A stretch of DNA of 64,000 nt from assembly GCA_023920165.1 (NCBI GenBank), contig CP089274.1:62001-126000 (forward strand), in the 5' to 3' direction. The notes beneath the pieces are model-generated. The model was not told the DNA's origin, did no database searches, and saw nothing but the letters and a program-made list of their open reading frames with translations. Source of the DNA: Curvularia clavata. Taxonomy: Eukaryota. Made by a program: the position numbers and the translations under genes. Every line of letters begins with the position of its first letter. The stretch's first letter is position 1. Of this stretch, positions 35,800-48,677 are shown piece by piece.

Positions 35800-38138
35800 A
35801 TGAATTCGTCACCTTCGTTCGAAATGAAGATGAAAGGCTACATACAAACTACCTGGTGGACATCCTTTCTCATAATAGGTGCCTTCGCTTTTGGTCTACT
35901 TTTTGCACTTGGCCATCACCTTTTCTATCAATCTCTCGACGGCAATCCGACTTCCGACAGCGAGCAACATGGTACTCAACATCTAGGGCAACAGATCAAT
36001 ATAGCTATCGGCACCCTTTTCGCTTTTCTTGCAAAAGCAGCGTTCATTTTATCGATAACGACCACTTACTACCAAGTCTTCTGGAGAGCTGTCAAGAAAA
36101 ACACACAGTCAGGTCATGCACCTACACTCAGTTGGCTAGACTCTGCTTTCTCGGCAACTAGCAGCATAACATCACTGTTGCCTTTACCTACCTGGTTGAG
36201 GTATCCAGTGTTACTGTTCATAGCCATCTCGACCTGGTAAGATCTCACCATTGTAGAACGGGATGCCTCCAAACCTGATCACTGGCACAGGCTCATTCCG
36301 ATTGCTTCAATAATTACTCCTGCAACACTATCTGTTGCGCTCCGAGAGAATATTGCAAACATAACCTCGCAGTTTGTGCCATTGATTGACTTTGACAATC
36401 TCAATTTCGTGGCTGGAATGCCAGCATTTGACGGCGTCAATAGTTTGTCACCATACTATGTCTATAATGGACCAAGCCAGATCATCCAGCAAATAGCTAC
36501 TGCAGTTGCTGCCCAAGATAGTATCCTGGCGATCAAGCCCCCGCACCCGAATTCGACGTGGAATATCGAGTTCTATGGCCCAGCCTTGGAGTGCGAAGTA
36601 CTGCAGTCAAATACAAGCTTCCGCGCAGAGCATAATGCTTCCGACCAGAATCACCGCTTCCTGCAGAATATGGCACGGCATGTTCGTGAGAATTGCGATG
36701 CTCCTCCAACATTCCTCGCGTGGTTCCCTAGAATCCTTGACGTCGAGAAAGGGGCCCCATATGATGCGCCCTATTTTCAGGGTCAAAATACAAGTTCAAT
36801 GTGGTGCGACGACCCTTACTCACTTGTGCTGGATGATCCAACCTGGTGCGGCGCGTCTTATGCTCAGGGTACTATGAACGAAACTCTATCAACGTATAAT
36901 ACGTGGTGGGACACCGACTACAATTCAACATGGATGGACCCGAATTCCATCTTCAAATATGGGATCACCTATGATCGGCAGATAAGGCAAAATGCAAGCT
37001 TATATTTTGCAGTTTTACCTAGTCTCATGACTACAATGGAATACACGTTGACAACGGAAGCGTACGCGTGTTTTGACACGGCAACCGGAACAGGTAGCAC
37101 CCCCTCGTCTCCACTTGGTGTACTCAATGATAATATCACAATGCTGCACTGCAAAATGCGCAACTCGACATACAAAGCAGACTTCTATTATATAAATGGT
37201 GAGCAGAGCGTCGCACTGAATGTGACTCACCACGAAGACGTACCCATTATTAATGTAGTTCGGGGCCCCGGTCCAAGCGGCTCTGGTCTGAGTGACAACT
37301 GCACGACTCTGAACTCTTACATGAGTGAGGACAAGGTCTGGGATCCCTGCAACTTCGAATACGGATTACTGTCTCAGCTCTCTTACCAAGCTGTGCTACA
37401 AGCCTTCTCCGAACTCGTTACGGGAAATATAACCTTGAATAATATCACTTTGGGACCTCTCGACTCTTCCAGAATCCGAAGCACAGCTTTGATCGATACC
37501 AAAGAACTCCGGTATCTGAGTGACTACGAGCTGCATCAGAGCTCACCAGATTCGCGCCTAGATCTGCAGAAGGCCCTCAGAAACGCCAGCCTCTCTGCCG
37601 CCCCAAGCATCGCACATCTGAACGGCGCCACTAAAGACAGATCGTTGGGAGATGCGATAGAGCAGATGTTCCAAAACATCACCTTGAGTCTAATGACCTC
37701 AGCGGCATTACAGTACGTTTCAATACGGCCTCCTCGTCACCAGCACGATTCACTCACACTTCCAGACCAAATCACTCTTCTCCTTCCGCCCCGCCAAAGA
37801 CAGTGGTCACGATATTCACGGCTCAGACTGTTTATGCGTACAGTGCCCAGAGGCTGTGGGCGGCGTACGCCTGCGCGGCCCTGGTCACATTAATCTGTGT
37901 AGTTACTGGCATATTTACCATTTTCGCCAATGGCGCTAGTTACTCCAGTTCTTTCTCGACCGTCTTTCGGTTTGCCAAGGGGACAGAGCTGAGTGTTGAG
38001 ATCAAGCCTGAAGATTTGGACGGTAAGTCTCCGCTGCCGGAATACCTTGAAAAGTCGCAGCTGCAGAATACCGGCCATGTGGAAGTGCACATCGATAGAC
38101 AGAAGTACCAGAGTGTTTCGCAGGCTTTGAGTGACTAG
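35800..38138 (+). CDS. Fungal hypothetical membrane protein (N-terminal TMs, large N-glycosylated ectodomain, C-terminal TM)
   Basis: FALGHHLFYQSLDG, NIAIGTLFAFL, WLIPIASIITPATL, NSTWNIEFYGPALEC, IEQMFQNITLSLM, LWAAY and YSSSFSTVFR; introns near 36237-36290 and 37714-37766. Confidence 0.8.
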
Positions 38139-38243
38139 GTAGTGATAGTAGTAGCTTCACTTTAAAACAACACGAGAATTGCGTACGACTTTTTAATCGC
38201 TGTAGGTAGGCTAGTAGTGACGATACGACTGGAATAGCTACCA

Positions 38244-41193
38244 TTAGCATGCTCTTGCCGCATAGAAGCTTTCAGGTGGCCCTAGATAGCTTTCGCGAAC
38301 ACCTCCCAAATCAATGACAACCTTCTCGAGCGCTATGTTCTCATCTTGAAGTAAAATTTTCAAAGTATGCTCTCCAACTTCGCTAAGATTCACCTGGTGT
38401 TTCCTGATCCAAACACAATCCATGACCGATTCCAACCATCGCGGTGGTAACTCCCCTGCCTTCTGAGGTTGTTCCACTAGCCGGTGCACCTCAACGTCTT
38501 TGCCGTCAAGTGAGATACCATAGAACATCGGGGATGTTAAGTTTGCATCGAGCGTAAACGTGAAGTATAGGTGTAATGATGCATTCGCAGCTGATGTGAA
38601 TGTGTAGAAAGGGTATGTTAGCTCGCAGCCCTTTGAAGCTGAACCACGTTGCATGCGGAAGCTGACTGCCCCGCCATTTTCGCGTCCCAGATATGGATGG
38701 ATCCAATGGTTGATAGGGTCTTCGTTTACGAAGCGAGTGGCTGGGATAGAGACGACTCGGTCAGCCTCGACATGTCCAACAAATCCACGCTGTATGATGC
38801 GGTGCTTTACTGGAACATGGATATGTTCATAGTCCCCAAGATTACTTTGTAAGACTAATAGAACTTCATCGTCAAAGTCTTGTGGAACAACTTTCCAGTC
38901 TACCACTACCTTTACCAACGCATCTTGGTCTTCGATTGCCGGATCCAGGGTGCCGCGAGCGTCTACCGTCATCCACTCTACTGGGCTTGTAATTTCCCAT
39001 GTTAAAGCTGTCGGACCACGCAAATATAGCTCGAAAGATCTCGAATCTGGCCCATATGGTTCCATAGGTAGTAATGTAACACCGGGCACTAGGTCCCTTC
39101 GTGACGGATGCGTGCGGTCACTCTCTTCGTTGCACAGTCCAGGTCTTACGCCCTCGGTGCCTTCAACAGCAACTCCCACATTTCCAACGATGGGGTTTGA
39201 TTCTTGACTAGTTTGTACAAGGCACAACCCACTTATCATGTCTCGTGAAGGCGCATGCCATGTGTTGCGGAATCCGAGATGAGGCTGTCGCATGATGTGG
39301 TTCCATTTTCCGTTGAGTAGCTTGTGATACTCCTGGGACAGTTGAAAATCGGCCTTGAACATGGATATTGACTGATCGAAGAAGTAATTTGCTGTGTTAC
39401 GACGTTGTTTGGCATAGAGTGCATTCTTTCCGCGAAAGACTTGAAGCGACATGTAGATGTGTGATGCTTTGATGGGGTGCACAATAAGTTGGAAGAAGGC
39501 TGGTTTGACCTCTGGGGGTAATCGCACATACAAGAGCTCGGCGTCGTGGAGCAACACCTGCCAGCTTGAGAGTATTCGGTTTGCTTCCGAATAGTTGACA
39601 AGGGAATAAGTCTCTGGCTCAACGTGCTCGTGCTTGCGAAGCGCAACCATCTTATCATATAGGAGCAAGATGTTTGCAGATGGTACTGCCAGTTCGCTCC
39701 CAAAGGTACGTGCCATGAATGGTTCAAGAAATGATGGAAGATCACCCAAACCTATTTTGTTCATGTCCCACGCCAAAGACATAACAAAGCTCAGTGGGGT
39801 CTCGAGCGGTTTGATATCTCCAACGTTGAACACCCAGATTCGGTCTGCACCACAGCGGTGTGCTTGGTCGAGCTGTTGCCAAACCTTGGCGAGAGAGTTG
39901 CTGTTCAGCCATTTGTAACTTCGGGGTTCCCCGACATACTCCAGGTGATAGTATATCCCTGAACCGCCTCTTCGTTTTCTCTCTGCTTCGGTAGGTAGTC
40001 TTCGAATGGTGCCAAAATTGTCGTCAGCAAAAAGGAGCGTTACGTCTTCTGGAACCTCAAGCCCATTGTCATAGTACTCCTGCACCTCCTTATACAGTGC
40101 GATCAATTGGGGTACGCCGTCTTCTTCTCCGTATACATCGCCAATGATGCGTCTTTGTGAGGCAAGAACATCCTCCAAAACTGCTTGTGGGTTTTCGACC
40201 TCCATTTCTCGGTCACCATCACCTCGCATACCGATGGTAATCATACTTTCAAATTTAGACGCGCGTTGCGCGCCTTCGATGAAATACTTCGTTATCTTCT
40301 CTTTGTTTTTCGTCCAGTTCCAGCTACGCTCCGGTTGGTTGTACGGCTCATCGAACCACTCGTTCATCGCACGCTGCATGGGTTCATGATGCGATGTAGA
40401 TACTACAATCCCGTACGTGTCAGCAAGCTCCTGATTCAATGGATCATCCATGAAAAAAGAATTTCCTGGATGTGGGTAGCCAAACCACATCGCCGGCCAG
40501 AGGAAGTTCGCTCTCAACCGGAGCAGCAACTCAAAGACGTGCTTGTAGAACTCAGAATTATACTTCGGACCATACTTCTCATGCACCCATGCTGATAGTG
40601 CAGGAGCTTCATCATTGATGAATATGCCACGGTATTTAACTGATGGCGGTCCCTGCACCGTTTTCACGTCTAATGCATAAATGGATGAGCTTCTCTTCAC
40701 AGGCACGTCCGCCCACCAATACCAACTAGAGATATTTTAGCTATGCATGCATACTTCAAGTTCATTAGTCGACTTACGGAGATACGCCAATCTCTTCAGA
40801 CATAGAATAGATGCCAAAAATGGTGCCTCGCTTGTCGCTTCCGAAAATCACGAGAGCATTCGCACATCCATCCCATGGCGCATGCACAAGTCCTGTACAC
40901 CAAGTCTCCCATTTTCCTTCAATCATGGTGACGTCGATACTTCTACGGGAGGCTAACTCATGGATCAACTTCGACTTCTGAATACTGCCGACGATGATGA
41001 CACATGGTGATGAGCTCTTCTCTGAGGTGACGGGGGGTGCTTCTCCCCCGGTCACTCTCGCGATGTCCCTAGCGAGCGCTGCGGCTGCGATATGGATGCC
41101 CTCAAAGTCTTCGCAATCAACGATGATGGGCGCATTTACCAATGATATCGAACCAGTAGCTGGCTCATGTGCCACGAAACCAGTCTGTTGCAT
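38244..41193 (-). CDS. Glycoside hydrolase family 115 (alpha-glucuronidase-like)
   Basis: GSDKRGTIFGIY..SEEIGVSPWYWWADVP, PSVKYRGIFINDEAP, FELLLRLRANFLWPAMW, SHHEPM, GMRGDGD, FADDNFG, YYHLEYVGEPRSYKW and WVFNVGDIKP; one intron. Confidence 0.95.
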
Positions 41194-41910
41194 GATGAAG
41201 TCGTTTACTTCTACGTATCGGGAGATCTAAAGCGCTATTGGAATGTGCCGAGATCGCAGAGTATCGAGTATCAAAGGCGAAGGTGGAATTCTAAGAACTC
41301 TATACACAATAAGTAGAGCAATTACCATTGGCAGTAGGTAACAGTGTTCAGAAGTCGCAAACTTCCGCGTCACAACAGATTTCACACCTACACGTATACG
41401 TAGCCCCGCAGGGTGTCGGATATTCTTCCGGTATAGCACCGGACCTCATTCGCAATGGGCGATCGCAGCGGCAGATATTCCCCCCTGTAATTTTTACCTA
41501 CGTTTTTAGCTGTATATGGTATGGAGTGCCGTTCTAGCATAATACCTGAAATAGTTAGCTGAGCGGCGATAGTTTCCAACCCCGCTCTCCCCAACCGTGC
41601 TCTCCCAACTCCCCTTGCTTGATTACTGCATATCCTACACGACGCCACATCTAGACATACGATATGGCTTCATCTTAGTGCGACATCTAGAAATTTCATA
41701 CACAGTCTAATCTTAGTTATCTGGTAGTAGGAAAAGTTGCAGCAATGTTGAAGAAGATCTCCATCAGATTTGAAGATAAAAACTATTGATAGGTTCTATC
41801 AGCCATAAGTATCGACCAAACAATATGGATACAAGCTCTGATAATGAAACCCCAGGAATATTCTATTGATCCAGCAATGCAGCCAAAGGATATGTAGTTG
41901 TCCCAACACT

Positions 41911-43467
41911 TTATTTCCAAACTCTTCGTGCTGCTTTCTCTTCGTCTTCCTTGGTCCATTCTCTTGGTAGAACAGCAAAAACAAGATATGAAGTATGCGT
42001 CTTGAGTTCAGGCTCGGTCCGATGAACCAGCCTTCCCTCCTTGAACAACGGCCTGGTCTCATAATCCTTCTTTGTCTGGGCAAGCCTATCGTGTTTACTC
42101 GGCGGAACGCCCTCCATCTTCTTCTTGCTCTTCTTATTCGCAGCACCGCCATCCTCGGCATCAGGATCCTCACCTCTTTTCCTCGCTTCCGCCTTCCGCA
42201 TCACCTCCTCTTGCTTCTCCCGCTGCATGCTGTGGAAGACTGCCGCGCGCCCTTCTACGTCGCGTAGACGCTGCACAGCTTCCTGTACATTTGCTGGATG
42301 CGCATTTCCGCCTCGCACGCCTTCTTCTTGGAGGCCAACACGCTCGCGTCGCACATCCAGCCGCTTTGCCATTATTTCAACCATGTCGATTTCGACCCAG
42401 CCAAGGGCACGCATTGCAGCCACGGTCTTGGTGACTTGCTCAATGCAAGGACTGAAGGTACAGATGCGCACTGCGTTGCGGGGGTTGAGTGGGGAAAGGA
42501 ACGGTTTTGAGTTTGTTTGTACAGGTTGAGCGGTGGGGGTAGTCGGGTCGTTGGCTGTGGAGCTAGGACTGTCCGAGTCGGTGGTTACAGAGTTTAGGGC
42601 AGCAGTGGAGGGAGGGGAGCGCGTTAGGTGCTTGAGTGCGTGCCATGGGGCAGGAAGATCGAGGAATATGCAGTCGGCATCTGGGCCTGGAGAGTCGTCT
42701 AGGTTGAACCCGTCGTTGTATACGTCGCGGTGGGTCACAGTGACGAGGGGATCAAGGCCGTGGTCTTTGATCTCGGTCTGTAGCTGCTTCGCGCGGGGCT
42801 CGTGGTACTCGAAACTGTACACGCCGCCAGTTCGTGTTTTGCGTTTCCGCTTTTTGGATATCCCTACGGCATTTTCTTCATCGGCGTTTGACTCGGTGGC
42901 AGTCTCGCGAGTCCCCGGGTATCCATTGTAGACTGCGCGTATCGCAGCATGCGTAAAACTTCCACTTCCTGCACCCGCTTCAATGATGTGATCTCCTGGC
43001 CTTGCGCGCAGCCTCTGGAGGATGTAGCTGTAGTCCGGCGTGTACACGACCTGGGTGCGGTGCGGTAGAGACAACGTCCACATCTCTGGTGTGGGCGGTA
43101 TCAGATGCGCAAACCCACTGCTCGCCGCCGCTGCCTTTACAAGGTCCTTCTTTACTGCCTCGGGCTCAGTCGCCGCCGTATCCTCACTCTCATCCTTGCC
43201 GTCTCTTTTCCTCTTCTTTGACTTGCCGCGAGATCCAGTGTCGACCACTGATGCTAGAATCTGTGTACCCCAGGGCTGACCGACAAGCGTGCTGTGAGGA
43301 AAGGAACCAAAGCGCGTGTTTTCGACTTTTCCTTCTGCATAGTCGGAGTCGGCGTTGGGCTTGAGGATTGCTGGGATAAGGTGATCGCGGCGCAATTGCA
43401 GGATACCAAGGTTATCTGCAGTCGCATACGCTCCTGGGTCGAGAAACGGCGAGGGAAGAGGCGCCAT
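41911..43467 (-). CDS. TRM61: tRNA (adenine-58-N1)-methyltransferase catalytic subunit
   Basis: PTPEMWTLSLPHRTQVVYTPDYS, IEAGAGSGSFTH, FLDLPAPW, FSPCIEQV and KTHTSYLVFA; likely ATG at 43467. Confidence 0.95.
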   Translation of the reverse strand: MAPLPSPFLDPGAYATADNLGILQLRRDHLIPAILKPNADSDYAEGKVENTRFGSFPHSTLVGQPWGTQILASVVDTGSRGKSKKRKRDGKDESEDTAATEPEAVKKDLVKAAAASSGFAHLIPPTPEMWTLSLPHRTQVVYTPDYSYILQRLRARPGDHIIEAGAGSGSFTHAAIRAVYNGYPGTRETATESNADEENAVGISKKRKRKTRTGGVYSFEYHEPRAKQLQTEIKDHGLDPLVTVTHRDVYNDGFNLDDSPGPDADCIFLDLPAPWHALKHLTRSPPSTAALNSVTTDSDSPSSTANDPTTPTAQPVQTNSKPFLSPLNPRNAVRICTFSPCIEQVTKTVAAMRALGWVEIDMVEIMAKRLDVRRERVGLQEEGVRGGNAHPANVQEAVQRLRDVEGRAAVFHSMQREKQEEVMRKAEARKRGEDPDAEDGGAANKKSKKKMEGVPPSKHDRLAQTKKDYETRPLFKEGRLVHRTEPELKTHTSYLVFAVLPREWTKEDEEKAARRVWK

Positions 43468-43789
43468 CGTCTGCTGTGAAAGTGATACCGGCGGCGACAA
43501 CGTAGGAAGCGGGCAGCAGAGATGGCGACAGCGATGCAGAACTCGCGACGCAAGGTCCGCAAATCCAAAAAGATATTCGGCGGGGAGCTTTGGAGACTGT
43601 GATTGGCCAGCGGAGCCAAGACCCTGGTGACAGGGATTATTATTGTTCCAGCGGCCTCGACCCCCACCCAACGTGACACTTGGGGAATCTCACGTACTGA
43701 CTCACCCGTAAGCGGCAACCAACTACACACCTGGCCTTACTGCGTTCACGTCTAGTCGCTCCTTGTTACCGTCCTTATCCACCACCTTG

Positions 43790-46306
43790 ATGGTGCTTGC
43801 ATTCCGGTCCTTGTTCAGCACCGTCAAGTCGTCTTCCCCGCTCCTACTTTCGAAATCTAGTTGGGTAAATCAGACTCAGAGAACACCTCGGTTTGTGGCC
43901 GCCATGGCGACTCCAGCCCGCACTCAGCCACCATGGAAACAGCCACAGGGCTCTAGCCCAGCCAAACTCAAAGTCTGGAACTCGTTGACCCGATCCAAGA
44001 ATGACTTCATTCCCATCGACCCTGAAGGCAAGGAGGTCAAGTGGTACAGTTGCGGGCCGACGGTTTATGATGACGCCCATTTGGGCCATGCTCGTAACTA
44101 TGTCACAAACGACATTCTCCGGAGGATACTGGCTCACTACTATGGATACAATGTGAAGTTTGTCCAAAACATCACGGACGTTGACGACAAGATCATTTTG
44201 CGAGGACGCCAGCAGCATCTCCTCGCCAAGTTCAAAGCGGATAACCCAACAATAACCGAAGAGGTCATCAACACCACCATTAAGGCTTTTGATGCTTACA
44301 TTAAAAAGAACCTCCCTCTCCTCAGCGAGGATGTCAACATTGGCAACTTTAACGAAGAGTCCGCGCAAAAGTATGCCAACGTCATCCAGGGCAAGTCCAT
44401 CGATGGTGTTGGTCCTGCAGGCGACAAAGAAGCCAAGATCAAGATGCATCTCCGGACAGCAAGCACCGCAGTCACTTCCTTGCTAGCTCCATCCAAATCA
44501 ACGCCGGAAGACATTGAAGTTTTCTATGCTGGCGCTGAAGATGTCCTGCTGCCATATCTCGACTCACTGTATGGCTCTTCTATCGATGCCAGCGATCACA
44601 CCGTTTTCACAACACTTACCAAAAAATACGAGGCTCGCTTCAATGAGGACATGCGAGCCCTGAATGTCTTAGATCCCGACATAGTCACACGAGTGACTGA
44701 GTATGGAGACCAGATCGTATCCTTCGTGGATAAGATCATCAAGAACGGCATGGCCTACAGTACATCAGACGGGTCTGTCTATTTTGATATCGACGCTTTT
44801 GAGAAGAAAGAGGGAAACCATTATGCGCGCTTGGAGCCGTGGAACAGGGGTGACACAAATCTGCAGGCGGATGGCGAAGGCGCGCTGTCGTCGGTCAAGA
44901 CATCCGAAAAACGAAACGAATCAGATTTTGCTCTATGGAAGTCGAGCAAGCCTGGAGAGCCGGCGTGGCCAAGTCCCTGGGGTCCCGGTCGACCAGGATG
45001 GCATATTGAATGCTCTGTTATGGCTTCCGCTGTCCTAGGCGAACAGATGGACATCCACAGCGGTGGTATTGACCTCTGCTTCCCGCATCACGACAACGAA
45101 TTGGCCCAATCAGAAGCATACTGGGCAAAAGATGGACAGCCGACTCAATGGGTGAACTACTTCCTCCACATGGGCCATCTGTCGATATCCGGTTCTAAGA
45201 TGTCAAAGTCGCTAAAGAACTTCACAACTATCCGCGAGGCCTTGAGTCGCGGAGACTGGAATGCCCGAAGTCTGCGCATTATCTTCTTGCTAGGAGGCTG
45301 GCATGACGGTGTTGAAATCACTCCGGACATGCGTAAATCTGGATTGTCGTGGGAGAGCTACGTCACCAACTTCTTTTACAAAGTCCGCGATCTTGAAGTG
45401 AACCCCAACATCGCTTCTACAGGTGCTGAAGATGAGAAGATTCTAAAATCGTTTGAGTCTGCTAAGCAAAAGGTACATAGCGCGCTCGCTGACTCATTCG
45501 ACACTCCCACAGCCATGCGCGCCATCTCAGGTCTCATTACGGAATACAACTCTGCGGATAAGGCTGGGCTGAGCGACTCTGTATCGTTCGATGTCGCCCG
45601 CTACATCACTCGCATGGTCCGGATATTCGGTCTGGATGGTTCCGCGGACCCGTACGACGGCGGCATTGGTTGGGCAGGTATCGACATTCCCTCGGCGGCC
45701 AAGGAACATGTATACGCAGTTTCACGAGAACGTGACGAAGTACGCCAACATGCCATTGCCGGTGACCTCTCAGACGAAGTATTGCAATCCATCATTGCAC
45801 AACACAACCCCGCACAAAAGCAGGACATAGAATCACTTCCTTACGCGGAGGTCTTGTCCACCTTCCAAGAGAGCCTACAAAATCTCGCCAAGAAGAAGGC
45901 TCCCGCCAAAGAATACCTTGACCTCTGTGACCAGCTCCGTGACACTCACCTCTGGGATCTTGGCATTTACCTCGAAGACCGAGAAAACGCGCCAGCAATG
46001 GTGCGTCCCGTTGATGCCGAACTCCAGGCAGCGCGATCCCAAAAGGAGGAGATTGCCCGCCAAAAGGCCGAAGCAAAGCTCAAGCGCGAGCGTGAAGAGG
46101 CCGAGAAGAAGGCTAAGCTTGCCGAGCAAGCCAAGATCAATCCAAAAGACATGTTCAAGACTGAGGAATACAGCGCATGGGATGAGGATGGTTTACCCAT
46201 CAAGGATAAGGATGGAGCAGATGTGCCCAAGGCACGCTCGAAGAAGTTGAAAAAGGAGTGGGAGAAGCAGAAGAAGCTATTTGAAGAGCACGCTTCGAAG
46301 GCTTGA
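43790..46306 (+). CDS. CRS1: Cysteinyl-tRNA synthetase (possible mitochondrial start 43790 and cytosolic start 43904)
   Basis: [20 protein letters not shown] (HIGH motif), [33 protein letters not shown] and KMSKS. Confidence 0.96.
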   Translation: MVLAFRSLFSTVKSSSPLLLSKSSWVNQTQRTPRFVAAMATPARTQPPWKQPQGSSPAKLKVWNSLTRSKNDFIPIDPEGKEVKWYSCGPTVYDDAHLGHARNYVTNDILRRILAHYYGYNVKFVQNITDVDDKIILRGRQQHLLAKFKADNPTITEEVINTTIKAFDAYIKKNLPLLSEDVNIGNFNEESAQKYANVIQGKSIDGVGPAGDKEAKIKMHLRTASTAVTSLLAPSKSTPEDIEVFYAGAEDVLLPYLDSLYGSSIDASDHTVFTTLTKKYEARFNEDMRALNVLDPDIVTRVTEYGDQIVSFVDKIIKNGMAYSTSDGSVYFDIDAFEKKEGNHYARLEPWNRGDTNLQADGEGALSSVKTSEKRNESDFALWKSSKPGEPAWPSPWGPGRPGWHIECSVMASAVLGEQMDIHSGGIDLCFPHHDNELAQSEAYWAKDGQPTQWVNYFLHMGHLSISGSKMSKSLKNFTTIREALSRGDWNARSLRIIFLLGGWHDGVEITPDMRKSGLSWESYVTNFFYKVRDLEVNPNIASTGAEDEKILKSFESAKQKVHSALADSFDTPTAMRAISGLITEYNSADKAGLSDSVSFDVARYITRMVRIFGLDGSADPYDGGIGWAGIDIPSAAKEHVYAVSRERDEVRQHAIAGDLSDEVLQSIIAQHNPAQKQDIESLPYAEVLSTFQESLQNLAKKKAPAKEYLDLCDQLRDTHLWDLGIYLEDRENAPAMVRPVDAELQAARSQKEEIARQKAEAKLKREREEAEKKAKLAEQAKINPKDMFKTEEYSAWDEDGLPIKDKDGADVPKARSKKLKKEWEKQKKLFEEHASKA

Positions 46307-47219
46307 GTAGGGTACTTTGGTCAGCGACATGTGTCTATGTTCTCGTATTAGAAGAGGGTAGTCTACTAGAATGGACTTGCAAAAATATGGTACTGCAGCT
46401 GACATGTTCTTTTCCATTCGTACATTGTCCATTTGCTCAGACATTCGTACACTTAGGTGATCCATCAATGAGCTTGATATTCTTTCTTGTGGGGGGACCT
46501 TTGTGTAGGCCATTGTCGCCGACATGCACATTTTTTTCTTCCAATGATGTATTTGAGGAAAATCCATTACAAATTACGCCGATGCGGAGATCCGTATTCT
46601 AGACTGTTCTTTACACGAGTGATCGAGACAGAGATCTATGGGGTCATGCTCAAGGCTAAACGGTGTGGAGTAACGGCGTCCAAGCGTGGGTACTCTTTAC
46701 GGCTACATAGGGCGTGCCAAGGCTCTGGATGCACGACTCGCGCACCGCCACTGCAGCGACTCTGACCTCTGGTATTGCAACGTTTGTAATTATCGTCAAA
46801 ATGTTCGGCAGAGCTCAATTGAGACTCTGGTATCTGCTTTGTGAGTATGACTTGCGATCGATGTCTCCGAAATGGATTACCTAAGTCTAGAGCTTAGAAA
46901 TACACGCGAGATCGTCGGGCGTTAGAAAACCCCATTGCAACGCTTTATATCCACCAATGCTATTGGTTCGTTCACCGCGCCTCATGCAGAGTGCATCTGG
47001 GGCACCAGACCGCAACCAGAAGCGATTTTCGAGCTAGTATCCGCGGCCGGTGGGTGGGGAGGGCCCACTAACCTATTGACATGGCTCACCGTCGGATAAA
47101 ACACCGAGTGACTGGTTTTCCCCCAGGTTTTTTCATGATACATTGGTCATACTGGGGTTATAAATATCCTCCCACAATCCATTCCGTGGGCAAAATCAGT
47201 AGCCAACAGAGCTTTCACA

Positions 47220-48677
47220 ATGGCTTCAAATTATGACGTCGAGAGAGGTCTACACGAAGATGAACCAATTGCCCACCAGGACAACGGCACATCTTACGCC
47301 TCCATAAAGACTACGTCACGACCAGCTCATCAACATGGCAACGACAACGACGACCAAGAAGAAGAAATATCGCGTGTAGATACCCACACATCTCAGGCAT
47401 CACGCACCCGGAAAACCATCCTCGGTCTCGCCAAAACCATTACTGCCCGCTCCAACGCCTCAGTCATCGACCCAGGCCCACCCCCAGATGGCGGCACAAA
47501 AGCCTGGATCCAAGCCTTCTGCGGCCATTTTGTCGTCTTCAACACGTGGGGCATGATCTCGACCTTTGGCGTGTTCCAGCAATACTACACGCTGAACCTA
47601 GGTCTAGAGCCTTCTGCCGTGTCGTGGATCGGGAGCTTCCAGATGCTGGGCCACTTTGCGCTGGGGATGCTAACGGGACGGCTCTTCGACGCAGGCTATT
47701 TCTACTGGTCTTGCGTGCCTGGAATGCTTATCTCGGCGCTGGGCATGTTCATGACGAGCTTGTGCTCGCGCTACTGGCAGTTTTTCCTCGCTCAGGGCAT
47801 CATGACGGGTATCGGTAATGGCATGCAGTTTGCACCTGTTCTGGGGCTCGTGTCTACCTATTTTGCGAGGAATAGGAGCGTGGCGTTGGCAATCATGGCG
47901 TCTGGGAGTGCAACGGGTGGATTGGTGTATCCGACGGTTGCTAGGCAGTTGCTGCCTCGGATCGGGTTCCCATGGACAGTGCGCGTAATGGGGTTTATGA
48001 TGCTGGCTGTGGGTACAGGCTACAGCTTGCTTCTGAAACCGCGACTGCCACCTCGCAAGTCGGGTCCAGTGCTAGAGCTAAGTGCTTTTAGAGAGTTGCC
48101 TTACAGTGTGTTTCTGCTTGGCGTCTTCCTGATTGCACTGGGACAGTATTTTGCATTCTACTATATCTCTTCTTTTGCTGTGGATATCCTCGATTTGCCT
48201 TACGGAACTTCCATCAACGTTCTCCTGGTTTTAAATGGCGTCGGTGTGCTAGGGCGACTGGTACCTTCGTGGTTCGCGGATAAGTACACGGGGCCCTACA
48301 ATGTCCTTATACCGTTTTGCTTCGTTTCTACAATAGTCTTGTACTTCTGGCCTCTAGTCACCAATGGACCAGGACTGTATGCTTGGGCTGTCTGCTACGG
48401 CTTCTTTGTTGCGGGCTTCCAAGGCATCTTCCCAGCTGTCATGACAACTCTTACAAAGGACATGAGTAAAGTGGGGACGCGAAATGGTCAGGGCCTTGCA
48501 ATCATAGGTCTGGGTACGTTTATCGGTCCTCCTATTGCAGGAGCACTCATACAGAGTTATGGCGGGGGTTATCTAAGCGCGCAATTGTTCGCGGCTACAT
48601 CTGTGCTGTTGGGGAGTTGCATATTGGTTTTGGGAAGATTGAGTATCACGGGCCTGAAATTCAGGGCAAGAGTTTAA
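47220..48677 (+). CDS. MFS monocarboxylate-porter-like transporter (MCH5-like)
   Basis: PPPDGGTKAW, FGVFQQYY, SAVSWIGS, GRLFDAGY, YWQFFLAQG, IGFPWTVR and GTRNG. Confidence 0.9.
   Translation: MASNYDVERGLHEDEPIAHQDNGTSYASIKTTSRPAHQHGNDNDDQEEEISRVDTHTSQASRTRKTILGLAKTITARSNASVIDPGPPPDGGTKAWIQAFCGHFVVFNTWGMISTFGVFQQYYTLNLGLEPSAVSWIGSFQMLGHFALGMLTGRLFDAGYFYWSCVPGMLISALGMFMTSLCSRYWQFFLAQGIMTGIGNGMQFAPVLGLVSTYFARNRSVALAIMASGSATGGLVYPTVARQLLPRIGFPWTVRVMGFMMLAVGTGYSLLLKPRLPPRKSGPVLELSAFRELPYSVFLLGVFLIALGQYFAFYYISSFAVDILDLPYGTSINVLLVLNGVGVLGRLVPSWFADKYTGPYNVLIPFCFVSTIVLYFWPLVTNGPGLYAWAVCYGFFVAGFQGIFPAVMTTLTKDMSKVGTRNGQGLAIIGLGTFIGPPIAGALIQSYGGGYLSAQLFAATSVLLGSCILVLGRLSITGLKFRARV

Noticed and set aside
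43468..43671. N-terminal extension of the TRM61 ORF
   Set aside because: Begins at a non-ATG codon; the recognisable sequence begins at ATG 43467.
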